DNA of 64,000 nucleotides from Eledone cirrhosa (Eukaryota), in NCBI GenBank assembly GCA_964016885.1, contig OZ024752.1:13516001-13580000 (forward strand), read 5' to 3'. A program made the translations under genes and the position numbers. The notes beneath the pieces are model-generated. The model made no database searches. It was not told the DNA's origin and worked only from the letters and a program-made list of their open reading frames with translations. Every line of letters begins with the position of its first letter. Position 1 is the first letter of the stretch. Positions 51,501-64,000 of the stretch are shown piece after piece.

Positions 51501-54190
51501 TGCAAAAAAGCACCCAGTCCAAACTGGAAAGTGGTAGAGAGGGTGACACTGCAAAAAAGCACTCAGTCCACACTGTAAAGCTGCAGTGAGGGTGACACTG
51601 CAAAAAAGGAACCCAGTCCACACTGTAAAGTGGTAGTGAGGGTGACACTGCAAAAAAGCACCCAGTCCACACTGTAAAGTGGTAGTGAGGGTGACACTGC
51701 AAAAAAGCACCCAGTCCACACTGTAAAGTGGTAGTGAGGGTGACACTGCAAAAAAGTACCCAGTCCACACTGTAAAGTGGTAGTGAGCGTCACACTGCAA
51801 AAAAGCACCCAGTCCACACTGTAAAGTGGTAGTGACGGTGACACTGCAAAAAAGTACCCAGTCCACACTGTAAAGTGGTAGTGAGCGTCACACTGCAAAA
51901 AAGCACCCAGTCCACACTGTAAAGTGGTAGAGAGGGTGACACTGCAAAACAACACTCAGTCCACACTGTAAAGTAGGAGTGAGGGTGACATTGCAAAAAA
52001 GCACCCAGTCCACACTGTAAAGTGGTAGTGAGTGTGACACTGCAAAAGAGCACCCAGTCCACACTGTAAAGTGGTAGTGAGTGTGACACTGCAAAAAAGC
52101 ACCCAGTCCACACTGTAAAGTGGTAGAGAGGGTGACACTGCAAAAAAACACTCAGTCCACACTGTAAAGTAGGAGTGAGGGTGACATTGCAAAAAAGCAC
52201 CCAGTCCACACTGTAAAGTGGTAGTGAGGGTGACACTGCAAAAAAGCACCCAGTCCACACTGTAAAGTGGTAGTGAGTGTGACACTGCAAAAGAGCACCC
52301 AGTCCACACTGTAAAGTGGTAGTGAGGGTGACACTGCAAAAAAGCACCCAGTCCACACTGTAAAGTGATAGTGAGTGTGACACTGCAAAAAAGCACCCAG
52401 TCCACACTGTAAAGTGGTAGTGAGGGTGACACTGCAAAAAAGCACCCAGTCCACACTGTAAAGTGGTAGAGATGGTGACACTGCAAAAAAGCACCCAGTC
52501 CACACTGTAAAGTGGCAGTGAGGGTGACACTGCAAAAAAGCACCCAGTCCACACTGTAAAGTGGTAGTGATGGTGACACTGCAAAAAAGCACCCAGTCCA
52601 CACTGTAAAGTGGTAGTGAGGGTGACACTGCAAAAAAGCACCCAGTCCACACTGTAAAGTGGTAGTGAGGGTGACACTGCAAAAAAGCACCCAGTCCACA
52701 CTGTAAAGTGGTAGTGAGGCTGACACTGCAAAAAAGCACCCAGTCCAAACTGGAAAGTGGTAGTGAGGGTGACACTGCAAAAAAACACCCAGTCCACACT
52801 GTAAAGTGGTAGTGAGGCTGACACTGCAAAAAAGCACCCAGTCCATACTGTAAAGTAGTAGAGATGGTGATACTGCAAAAAAGCACCCAGTCCACACTGT
52901 AAAGTGGTAGTGAGGGTGACACTGCAAAAAAGCACCCATCCACACTGTAAAGTGGTAGTGAGGCTGACACTGCAAAAAAGCACCCAGTCCACACTGTAAA
53001 GTGGTAGTGAGGGTGACACTGCAAAAAAGCACCCAGTCCACACTGTAAAGTGGTAGTGAGTGTGACACTGCAAAAAAGCACCCAGTCCACACTGTAAAGT
53101 GGTAGTGAGGCTGACACTGCAAAAAAGCACCCAGTCCACACTGTAAAGTGGTAGTGAGGGTGACACTGCAAAAAAGCACCCAGTCCATACTGTAAAGTGG
53201 TAGAGATGGTGACACTGCAAAAAAGCACCCAGTCCATACTGTAAAATGGTAGTGAGGACGACACTGCAAAAAAGCACTTAGTCCACACTGTAAAGTGGGA
53301 GTGAGGGTGACACTGCAAAAAAGCACCCAGTCCACACTGTAAAGTGGTAGTGAGGGTGACACTGCAAAAAAGCACCCAGTCCACCCTGTAAAGTGGTAGT
53401 GAGGGTGACACTGCAAAAAAGCACCCAGTCCACACTGTAAAGTGGTAGTGAGGGTGACACTGCAAAAAAGCACCCAGTCCACACTGTAAAGTGGTAGTGA
53501 GTGTGACACTGCAAAAAAGCACCCAGTCCACACTATAAAGTGGTAGTGAGGGTGACACTGCAAAAAAGCACCCAGTCCACACTGTAAAGTGGTAGAGAGG
53601 GTGACACTGCAAAAAAGCACTCAGTCCACACTGTAAAGTGGGAGTGAGGGTGACACTGCAAAAAAGCACCCAGTCCACACTGTAAAGTGGTAGTGATGGT
53701 GACACTGCAAAAAGCACCCAGTCCACACTGTAAAGTGGTACTGAGGGTGACACTGCAAAAAAGCACCCAGTCCACACTGTAAAGTGGTAGTGAGGGTGAC
53801 ACTGCAAAAAAGCACCCAGTCCACACTGTAAAGTGGTAGTGAGTGTGACACTGCAAAAAAGCACCCAGTCCACACTGTAAAGTGGTAGTGAGGGTGACAC
53901 CTCAAAAAACACCCAGTCCACACTGTAAAGTGGTAGTGATGGTGACACTGCAAAAAAGCACCCAGTCCACACTGTAAAGTGGTAGTGTATGTGTCACAGC
54001 AAAAATATCCAGCTCTCATTGTAAATGAGGTTGGCGCTAGGAAGGGCATCCAGCTGTAGAAAGGAAGCCAAAATCAGTTCTGTATGAGCAAGACATGGTC
54101 ACTTGATCTGGCATTGCTCACAACAGGATAATTTGTCTAACCCATGCCAGCGTGGAAACATGCAACGTTAAACGGAGATGATGATGATAT
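48581..54190 (+). mobile_element. 5'-truncated RTE whose 3' UTR contains a 5-kb satellite
   Basis: REKLGIRGIRCC..RRLRWHGHV..GRPRKIW at 48582-48850; normal RTE terminus and (GAT)n at 53990-54190. Confidence 0.88.
48966..53990. repeat. 49-bp tandem satellite, about 100 copies
   Basis: Unit gcacccagtccacactgtaaagtggtagtgagggtgacactgcaaaaaa. Confidence 0.98.
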
Positions 54191-54420
54191 AATCTGAGAA
54201 GGCCTATTAGCATTTACCAAAGTAAACTGGTGTAGCATAACTTTATGATGAAAATGGTAACTTGGTAACTTAGACTTTTAATTGACAGGAATTGAAGAAA
54301 TGAATACCATGTAGTTTCATATGATCAACTTAAGTATTTAAAGTTGGTGCTGTAGCATGACCAGAGTGAAATGACTGAAGCCAATAAATGATGCAGACCA
54401 TCATCATCATCATCTCCATC

Positions 54421-54590
54421 ATCCGGCCAGAAATCTCTCACCTCTTTCTGTTCAAACTGGTTGTAACCAGCCACTCATACTGATGTTAAGGTATTGTTCT
54501 CAAAATAAATATCAAAATCTCACAGATAGTTATTATGTGAAATAATTATGTGAGGCAAACCCTTTACTGTGAAAATACAATCTTTATATA
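54421..54590. mobile_element. Internal fragment of the piggyBac-like MITE family
   Basis: atccggccagaaatctctcacctc...gtattgttctcaaaataaat matches about 19348-19430. Confidence 0.65.
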
Positions 54591-55394
54591 TATAAAATTC
54601 TTTTCAAATTTTACAAGGTAATAATATTAGACACCGAAATTAACATGTAATTTCCATTTTCATTTGGATTAAAACAATATAACACTTTATCTAAAATATT
54701 TTACTATAGACAACTATAATTAAACGAATATTTTATAACACTACGACGACATCACATTTTGTATAGGAGTGTGTATGTGTTTGTGAGTGTGTGTGTGTGT
54801 GTGTTTGCGCATTCGTTATGTACGTTACACCTTAGTAACTTTCATACACACATCTTCACGTAAATATTTCATCTGATACACAGAGAATTAAACTCACACA
54901 CACACACACATCTACACAAACATATACATATGTGAGTGAGTATTTGTGAGAGTGCCTGTGCGTGTGAGTATATGTACATTTCTGTGATGACTGACATAAG
55001 AAAAGGCTGAGGGTGAAACTCTATGTGTGTGTTTGTATGAATGTATCCGTGTGTGTGTTTTTTAAAAGTGTATGTTTGACACACACACACACGTATATAA
55101 AGACTAAAATGTTGAAGTGTATTTACTCAATATATAGAGGGTGTGATATAGGGTTGCTGTAACTCAGGGTGTAGAGGATGTAGAATGGAACAATAACTCG
55201 GAAGAGGAACGGAATTTTGGGTTGATAGTCTGTTGTTAGGATGTATATTTTACTGGTACACACACACACAAACACACACACACACAAACACACACACAAC
55301 ACAAAACACAACACAACACAACACAACTCATACATACACACGCAGATTAATGTCAAAGTATGTCTACATTTAAACACGTGACTGTGTTTATAAG

Positions 55395-55434
<40 letters not shown>

Positions 55435-55663
55435 GAGAAGAAAGAAGAATACTGCGTGGTTGCACATGGGTTACATATGATAAAATTAGTCCCTCGTCAG
55501 TGATTTGCCAACCATCATTGATATTTCATCGCATTAAAAATCATATACCTCAGGTTGGTGCGAGCAATAACTAAAAAAAGCTATTGGGACAAGTAAATCG
55601 CGTAAAGCGAGGGGGACAAGTAAACAACAAAGAAGGATAAAAGCAAACCGAAGATAGGAAAAT

Positions 55664-55714
<51 letters not shown>

Positions 55715-55718
<4 letters not shown>

Positions 55719-55794
55719 AAATGGCTTCTACAGGACTAGAACAGTTAGATTCAAAGGAAATCATCAGTTCTAGTCCTGTAGAAGCCATTTCTAT
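55715..55794. repeat. Hairpin with about 26-bp arms next to (TA)n; the loop contains CTGATGA on the - strand
   Basis: ggaaatggcttctacaggactagaac / gttctagtcctgtagaagccatttct. Confidence 0.8.
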
Positions 55795-55881
55795 AAAAAA
55801 TATTTATACTCTGCTATGCATTGAGTACCTTACTTACTGTGGTCCCCCCCCCCCCCGATTGAACCCGGGGAGGTGGATACT

Positions 55882-55916
<35 letters not shown>

Positions 55917-56136
55917 GGGGGAGCGGGGTTAGAGTATGTGTATGTGTGTGAGGGAGCATATGCATGTGTAGGTGGTTGTTTATATAAGCGTGTCAGTAAT
56001 CAGCAAACACTAAACAGAACTTGAGGTGTTAGAGGTTAACGTTAAGAGACAAACTCGAAAAAACCACCCCTCACCCCTTTACGACACTTTCTAAATACAA
56101 AGTATTCCATAACAACAACACACGGCTACACACACG

Positions 56137-56183
<47 letters not shown>

Positions 56184-56186
<3 letters not shown>

Positions 56187-56912
56187 GAGGCACATGGCTT
56201 AGTAGTTGGAGCATTGGCCTTGCAATCAATCGAAAGGTTGTGAGTTCCATTCTCAGACCGGGTGATGTGTTGTTTCCTTGAGCAAGACACTTTATTTCAC
56301 ATTGCTCCAGTTTACTCAGCTGTAGAAATGAGATGATAGGGACTGGGGTCCATATCATTCCACCGCAGAGTGGTTGTGGAGGTGCCACGGAAAAAAAGCA
56401 CCCAGCACTCACTGTAAATGAGGTTGGTGTTAGGAAGGGCATCCAGCTGTAAAAATCAAGCCAGAATCAGTTCCCGTCCCACCCTTGCAAGCAGGAACAG
56501 CGGACGTAAAATGATGATAATTATATATATATACACATGTATATCTATGCAAATATATACATATACATACATATATGTACATATCATCATTATATCCGCT
56601 TTTTCCCTGCTTGCAAGGGTGGGACGGGAACTGATTCTGGCTTGATTTCTACAGCTGGATGCCCTTCCTAACACCAACCTCATTTACAGTGAGTGCTGGG
56701 TGCTTTTTTGCTGTGACACCTCCATGACCACTTTACAGTGGAATGATAGGAACCCCAGTCCCTATCGTCTCATTTCTACAGCTGAGTAAACTGGAGCAAT
56801 GTGAAATAAAGTGTCTTGCTCAAGGAAACAACACATCACCTGGTCTGAGATTTGAACTCACAACCTTTCGATTGCAAGGCCAATGCTCTAACCACTAAGC
56901 CATGTGCCTCCA
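56184..56912. mobile_element. Tail-to-tail inverted pair of family B SINEs (tRNA-like head, central domain, RTE-derived tail): + 56184-56520 and - 56584-56912
   Basis: Head ggaggcacatggcttagt..gtgagttc.a.tctcagacc; ttccttgagcaagacacttt; tail shared with RTE 3' ends. Confidence 0.85.
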
Positions 56913-56923
56913 TTAGAGGAGAT

Positions 56924-57157
<234 letters not shown>

Positions 57158-60150
57158 CATCATCATCATTTTATCTCCGCTTTTCCTTGCTTGTAAAGGT
57201 GGGATGGGTCCTCTTCAGCACAGCATCTCTCCATTCTTCACGGTCCCTCGTCATCTCCTCTGTAAGTTTCAGCGATCTGAGGTCTGCTCTGCCCATATTT
57301 TTCGTGGTCTTCCTCTACTGCGTCTTCCTTCCACTCAGGTTTCTTGGCACTTCTTCACCCAGTGGTCATCCTCCATGTGCATCACATGTCCATACCATCA
57401 CAGTCTTCCCTCCCACACACTACAACTTATCCCTCTTATACACAGTTTCACTTTCAACTCGTCTATGCTTGGTCGTTCCCGCACATTGACATTGCACATC
57501 CAACGGAGCATGCTTGCTTCATTTCTCTCCAGCCTTCGCATATCCTCTGTAATTGCTACCCATGTCTCACTACCATGCAGCATCACGCATCTCACAGAGT
57601 CATCATATAACCGGCCTTTCATTTGTAGGGAGAAACCCTTCGATGTCAACAGAGGAAGCAGCTCCCTAAATTTCTTCCATCCTGTCCTTATTCTAGATAT
57701 TATGGCCTCAGAGCATCCTCCTCCCTTGTTAATCTGATCACTTAGATATCAGAAGCTATCAACCACCTCTATAGACCCTGACTGCATTTGAAAAATGTGT
57801 CTATCTTCTACTTTCAAATTTCCCTGAAAATCTACTACATATGAAGTTTTCCCTTCCTGTTAGTTTGCCTACTATCCCACTACACCTCTTGTGTACCCAA
57901 GATCTGCATTGTGTACATTCTATAGAGTTTACGCCAACTCCTTTTCTATGTATCGAGCATGACCATTTCCCTGATGGAATTAGAGTCTTGTCTCTTTCCT
58001 ACTTATCAACACTTTAGTCTTAGCTAGATTCACTCTCCGTCTTCTTGATTCCAACTGCTGTTTCCATAGCCAGAATTTATTCTCTAGCTCCTCTCACTGA
58101 TTCTGCTATAAGTACCAGATCATCAACAGTAAGAAATTCCCATGGGCAGCCAGTCTTAAACTCCTCTGTTATGGCTTGGAGAACTATACTGAATAAGAGT
58201 GGGCTGAGGATCGAACCCTGATGAACACCTACTTGTATCTGGAATTTCTCACTAAACTCCATTCCTACCCCCACTTAACTGAAATTCCCTCTGTACATAG
58301 CTTCCACTGTCCTCACAAGCCAGTCCTCTACACCTAGTTTCCTTTGGGACCACCAGATGACAGATCGGAGTACTCTATCAAAGGCCTTCTCTAGGTCAAC
58401 AAAAGCTAAATATAGTGGCTTATTCTTCTCTAAGAACCTCTCTTGTAGTTGTCTTACTGAGAAGAGGGCATCTGTTGTACTTTTCCCAGGCACAAAACCA
58501 AACTGCATCTCATTTAATTTGACTCTTCTTCGAATTAGTTGCGCTAGTATTATTTCTGCCTCTTTCGTAACCTGATGCATCAGTTTTATGCCCCTATAAT
58601 TGCTCCTTTTCAGAGCACCCCCTTTACCTTTGTAGGAATTTATGAGAATACTGCTGCACCAGTCTTTGGGTGTGACTCCACCATATATAACTTGATTGAT
58701 TATGCGTGCAACCAGTTTAGTTCCTACTTCTGATGCCTTCAACATCTCAGCAACTATCCCTGATGGTCCAGCGGCCTTACCACTTTTCATTTCCTTAATT
58801 GCTTCTTTTAGCCTATAGTCACCAACCTCAATTACTGGTCCCTCTGTTGGGGGTAGTTTCTTTCTCTCCCATTCATTCTCAACATTCATCAGTCTCTCAT
58901 AATGACATTTCCAGGCCTCCTTTTTCTGAGCATCAGTGACACTAAATGCACCAGCATCATTTTTGACACACTTATCTCCAACAACATCCTGATTTACACT
59001 GACACACTGCCTTGCAATGTAGCACACCTCACGTCTCTGATCCTCTCATTGCAGAACATTGGTAAACCTCCTACTCTCAGCCTCCCTGTGTGCTAAGTGC
59101 ATCTGATGTCTAGCCTCTCTTTAGTGGTGAGTATCGGTCTCTACTCCCCCCATTTTCCCAATCCTTCCATGCTTGTCTTTTGTCTTTAATGGCTCTATCT
59201 ACCATGCTGTTCCACCACCAAGTCACCCACTGTCAGTAAATTGTCACGTAAGTAAGTTGTCACGTAAGAAATTCCAGTTAAATATATCATACAATTCTAA
59301 TTCGTCTTCTTTCTCGTTGTACACATCTTGAAGGGCTTTACTGAATTTATATTTAAGTGAAAAGTCCTTTCACTTCCAGACCTTCCTTTTCCATACCATC
59401 CTGTGTGTCTGATTTTGTCTCTTGCTTATTGAGATGTTACTAACGACTAACCTATGTTAGGGGCTACATTCTTCCCCAGGGTATACCTTAGTATTTGTAC
59501 CATATGTCTGTCTTGTTGCCTAACCAGCAAGAAGACAATCTGGCTTATGTGGTCGCCTGATTGGTAGGTTATTAGGTGATTGGCAGTTTTCCTGATGTTG
59601 GTGTTGCAAATGCATCACAAAATTCAAGAAGCCTCACTCTTTTGTTTCTTGAGCCATAACCATGACCACCATGTACCCCAGTGTATCCATCCTGCAGCTG
59701 TCCAACATGACCATTGAAGTCACCTGCTTGTATAACTAGGTCTCTGTCCTCTGTCATTGTGGTTGTCTCTAGAAGTTGCTCGTAAAAGCAGTCCTTCTCT
59801 TCTTTACCTAGGCTCACTTGATGAGCATAGGTAGAGATAATTATCAGCAATCTATTGCCTACAACTTAACTAATCTTAATTATTCTATTACTGACTCTAA
59901 CTACCTCTATTGTCTAGTTTATTCACTTCTCGGTCAGTAAAATGCCTACACCATCATCATTTCCTACTTAGAAAAGCTTACAACTAAGCTGTTTGCCAGC
60001 GATTAGTCTTGCTGAGGCACCTCTCCATCTCACCTCTTGCATGCAGCACACTTCCACATGTCTTCTCTCTAGCATCTCCACTATCTCACAAGATCTACCT
60101 CTCAGGGTGCCAACATTAAGTGTGGCAACCCTGAGAGTGTCATCTTTCGT
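57158..60150 (-). pseudogene. Decayed near-full-length RTE LINE of a second subfamily
   Basis: Broken ORFs 59968..60174 (VATLNVGTL, MQEVRW), 59572..59850 (GDFNGHVG), 58275..59027 (QFGF, AFVDLEKAFD), 58077..58274 and 57398..57649; (GAT)n tail. Confidence 0.92.
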
Positions 60151-60436
60151 TGATTTTTTCCTTTTTCTCTGCAATGAAAAAAAATATATATGCTTCTCCT
60201 ATGTTGGTTGCTCACGAGTTGGAAGCAACAACAATTTATTCATTTGCACACCAACAAAAAATTACACAATGAATACTGTTTACCCTGCGATGCTTCAAGA
60301 TTGACATATTTTCATTTCTAAATTCTATTATCATTACAATTTTGATATTTTTTAATAAAATATAAATATTTTGAAATAATTATGAGAAAAAATATATTTT
60401 TATATTTATTGTTTACTAATATGAATAAGAACAGCA

Positions 60437-60470
60437 GTAACCTGGGCAATGCCAGGTCATTCAGCTAATA
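60437..60470 (+). mobile_element. Possible Helitron 3'-terminal signature
   Basis: GC-rich hairpin acctgg-gcaatg-ccaggt followed about 8 nt later by CTAA-T (CTRR). Confidence 0.4.
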
Positions 60471-60837
60471 GTATATATAGAGTAATGTAAATAATAAAGG
60501 GTTAAGAACAAGCCTAGGTGTTGTACTATTTTGTGTATTAACAGCGTGGTTGTAGCGTTGCTGACCGGTAAAGGAGTTTGGTTCTCAATCATTAAGAGCC
60601 CTTATTTGATCTGTGTGACATTTTGGGTAAATGTCATTTACCCAAACCCAGGTTGACTATGTGAGTGAAATTGAGTAAGCAGAAATTATTTGGAAGCCCA
60701 CCTGATGAACTGTACCTGTAATTCAAAGAGTCAGCCATGTCATTCACTGTGTCATAATAATAATAATAATGAAATTATTGTGTTCAGTGATTAGGTGCAC
60801 TACAACTCATCAAAGGTGCATGTATAGTACATAGAAT

Positions 60838-61022
60838 AATTGTTTCTACTTTTGGCACAAGGCCAGCAATTATCCCAGTGTATTACTGGTACTTTATTTT
60901 ATCGACCCCGTAAGGATGAAAGGCAAAGTTAACCTCGGCAGGATTTGAACTCAGAATGGCAAGGGCCGTAAGTCTTTGATGCAAAGCATGGCGTCAGACC
61001 CTCTACCGATACTGCCATCCAC
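60838..61022 (-). mobile_element. SINE family A copy
   Basis: Reverse-complement family A consensus. Confidence 0.85.
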
Positions 61023-61029
61023 CGCACAT

Positions 61030-61875
61030 AGAATAATGTTCAAATGTCAGAGAAGTGAATAGTGTATGATACATGTGTGCGTGTGTATGGAAGGGGAATA
61101 TTAGGTGTAGTGTTGGCGAATCTCTAGGAAGCATAGAAGTTTTAAAGGATGTAGTGTCTCGACAGTTAACAACTGATGCAGGTAGTTTGTTCCATGGAGG
61201 TTTTAAAGGATGCAGTGTCTCGACAGCTAACAACTGATGGAGGTAGTTTGTTCCATGGAGGTTTTAAAGGATGCAGTGTCTCGACAGTTAACAACTGATG
61301 CAGGTAGTTTGTTCCATGGATGTTTTAAAGGATGCAGTGTCTCGACAGCTAACAACTGATGCAGGTAGTTTGTTCCATGGAGGTTTTAAAGGATGCAGTG
61401 TCTCGACAGCTAACAACTGATGCAGGTAGTTTGTTCCATGGAGGTTTTAAAGGATGCAGTGTCTCGACAGCTAACAACTGATGCAGGTAGTTTGTTCAAT
61501 GGATGTTTTAAAGGATGCAGTGTCTCGACAGCTAACAACTGATGCAGGTAGTTTGTTCCATGCTTCAGCAACTCTGAGCATGAAAAAATGTTTCCAAAAG
61601 TCATGGGAGTTGTTCTGTTTTCTGACTTTGTAGGCATGTACATGTGTGTTAGACACATGGAAATCAAAAAAGCTACTCAGGGTTGTTGTTGGCAAGATGG
61701 TTAATAAATGTGTGGGTGTTTACCAAATCAGTTGCCAGACATCGGAGCTTCAATGTATCCGTGCCCAGGTGTATCATGCTGGATAATCCTGAGATTTACA
61801 TTATGGGTACACGTGTCTGTGGAATTCCTAGCAACTTGCACATTAATTTCAAGAGCAGGCTGTTTCATTGATCAA
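61030..61875 (-). mobile_element. CR1/L2-type LINE 3' end with an internal 61-bp tandem array of about 7 copies (61135-61562)
   Basis: HDFWKHFFMLRVAEAWNKLPASVVSCRDTASFK matches the CR1/L2 ORF2 end pattern FF..RV...WN.LP..VV.....FK. Confidence 0.75.
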
Positions 61876-62762
61876 ACAAGTTGTCAAAGCTATTGGAAGT
61901 CTGTTGTAATGACAGTAAAGAGAGGCAGGGAAAGGAGAGGAGAGGGGGAGGGAGGAAGGGAGGGAGAGGAAGAGAGAAAGGAGTGGTAGAGTGAGGCAGG
62001 GAGAGGAAGTGGGCAGAGAGACGAAGGGTGAGAAATGGAGGGGAAGGGAGAGGCAGAGAGAGGAAGGAAAAGGAAGGGAGTGGTAGAGAGAGAGGAAGGG
62101 AGAAGTAGGGAGAGGAAGGGAGAGACAGAGAGAGTTAAGGAGAGGAAGGGAGAGACAGAGAGTTAGAGAGAGGAAGGGAGAGGAAGGGAGAAGCACAGGA
62201 AGGGAGAGACAGAGAGGTAGAGAGAGGAAGGGAGAGACAGAGAGTTAGAGAGAGGAAGGGAGAGGAAAAGAAGAGATGGTCAGACAAAAAAGAATCTAGA
62301 AATATTTAAGTTGGTTAATTAAAGAACAAGAATAACTGAAAGAAAGAATAAATGAAAATAAGTTGTGAAACGAAGACAAAGGATAGAAAATAAGTTGAAA
62401 ACATTCAGCACAATACCAGGGTGAAGTTAACAAATTGGGAGCAAATAGATGTTATTGTTAAGAGAGGGAAAATATGGCATTTTAGGAGGGATTTAGTGGA
62501 TTACATGTGATAGGAAGTATGGAGTCACTGCCAAAAGTATAAGGATTAAGTTGGAGAGGTAGGGATAACTGCTTTTAAAATACACACAGGCACAAAACAA
62601 TTGAATCTATTTATAAAGGGAGGTATATGGGGTTAAGGTAGTCAACTGACTACATTGGACAAATAGTATCAAAATGTTGAGGTTAAACAGGAATAAAGCC
62701 AGGGCTGGATATAATGGGGGGATAAGGGGGCACTCCCCACACCCTGGGGGCCCTCTGCAGTA

Positions 62763-62831
<69 letters not shown>

Positions 62832-62832
<1 letters not shown>

Positions 62833-62921
62833 GAAAAAAAGATGAAATCGAAAATGCAACTGGAGTCTTATTTTTTTAAAAAATAAGACTCCAGTTGCAT
62901 TTTCGATTTCATCTTTTTTTC
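62832..62921. repeat. Near-perfect palindrome of about 90 bp adjacent to (TA)n
   Basis: agaaaaaaagatgaaatcgaaaatgcaactggagtcttattttt / aaaaataagactccagttgcattttcgatttcatctttttttct. Confidence 0.9.
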
Positions 62922-63007
62922 TTTATACTTTCACTCGAGTAGGACACCTCAGTTATTTTTCATTTTGTAAAAAAACCCTCACTTTCTAATATATATATAG
63001 GAAAATG

Positions 63008-63100
63008 TTTAACCCCGACGGCAGAGCTCCAGCCGTTTCGACGGCTAGTTCTCTGCGAAATAGCTGTCGAAACGGCTTGAGCTCTGCCGTCGGGGTTAAA
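63008..63100. repeat. GC-rich hairpin of about 93 bp
   Basis: tttaaccccgacggcagagctc.agccgtttcgac.gcta / tagc.gtcgaaacggct.gagctctgccgtcggggttaaa. Confidence 0.9.
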
Positions 63101-63241
63101 CCCTTTCCTATTACCCACTCTACTACCCAAAGTATTAAGTACTCTGGTACGTTATGGTCCACTTGGTTCCTTACTACACCTCCTTCGTTATATATATATA
63201 TATATTGATATAGCGAAGTAAGTGTGGTAAGGAACCAGGTG

Positions 63242-63277
<36 letters not shown>

Positions 63278-63373
63278 GAGATACTGAGATAGAACTAAGA
63301 AAACCAAACAGAAAGAACGAATGGAATAACAACAACAACCAATCCCAAACAAACAATACTCACCGACAGGATA

Positions 63374-63424
<51 letters not shown>

Positions 63425-64000
63425 AATAAAAATGGCATAGGCATTACAATACAACAGTAGGAAACAACATAGTAGTACCACTGATAGACTATATATATAT
63501 TTGAATCATATAAATTACACAAGTATCAAAGTTATGTTCAAATCATTTAATCGCTAACAATTGTTTCTTCCAAACTTTAGTTTGGAATCATCGGAGCATT
63601 ATCAATGTTTGTACATATAATTAACCTCCTATTCAACCGAACAATCATATAGATACATATATATTGATGTTGTGAACAACAGTTTAGTATTAACAGGGTG
63701 TAATGGATGCGACATATATTATACGAGAATTGTACAATAATTAAAATTAAATTTAAAAGCACAAGGTGGAATACATGCAACAGATAATACAAGAGAATAA
63801 TTAAAGAGGCATTGAGAAAGAAGTACATATTCAATCGAGTAGAGATTGTACATGCGTTAGTCATATATATGAGAAGGAAACAAGCAAATATATTAGGCAT
63901 ATATGAATACTGTATGGCAAGATATTACATAAAATACAAGCACTTTAAGTGAATATGTTAGTGTATTATGGAGGATGTAATGCGATGATAGTTTCTGTAT

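Noticed and set aside
48966-53990. CRISPR-like regular array
   Set aside because: The units are contiguous with no unique spacers, there are no cas genes, and the context is eukaryotic; the same applies to the arrays at 1-1576, 13957-14475 and 61135-61562
48827-54049. Long Cys/Trp-rich ORFs (up to 764 aa) on the - strand
   Set aside because: They are translations of the 49-bp satellite cycling through all three frames, with no domain content

Overview
This is AT-rich, repeat-dense animal genomic DNA, not prokaryotic. The SINE/LINE repertoire and very long (TA)n tracts suggest a mollusc, most likely an octopod cephalopod, but that is inference only. Two host genes face each other. On + are the last two coding exons of a core-2/I-branching beta-1,6-GlcNAc-transferase (15169-15395 and 20380-20693). 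On - is a single-exon 16-LRR + FN3-like protein with a GPI-type tail (25283-27049). The rest is mobile and repetitive DNA. It includes an intact RTE-clade LINE with an embedded PHD-like finger (40137-44763), several truncated or decayed RTEs, Penelope-like RT and GIY-YIG remnants, two tRNA-type SINE families, TTAA piggyBac-like, hAT-like and Tc1-like MITEs, and a CR1/L2 3' end. Two patterns stand out. First, about a dozen minimal type-I hammerhead ribozyme motifs occur, many in back-to-back fold-back elements docked in (TA)n tracts and including U3-A8 covariant cores. Second, tandem arrays have arisen inside four unrelated transposon families, including a 5-kb 49-bp satellite grown inside a LINE 3' UTR. 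Most ORFs in the supplied track are microsatellite or satellite artefacts. All calls were made by eye, and repeat boundaries are approximate.
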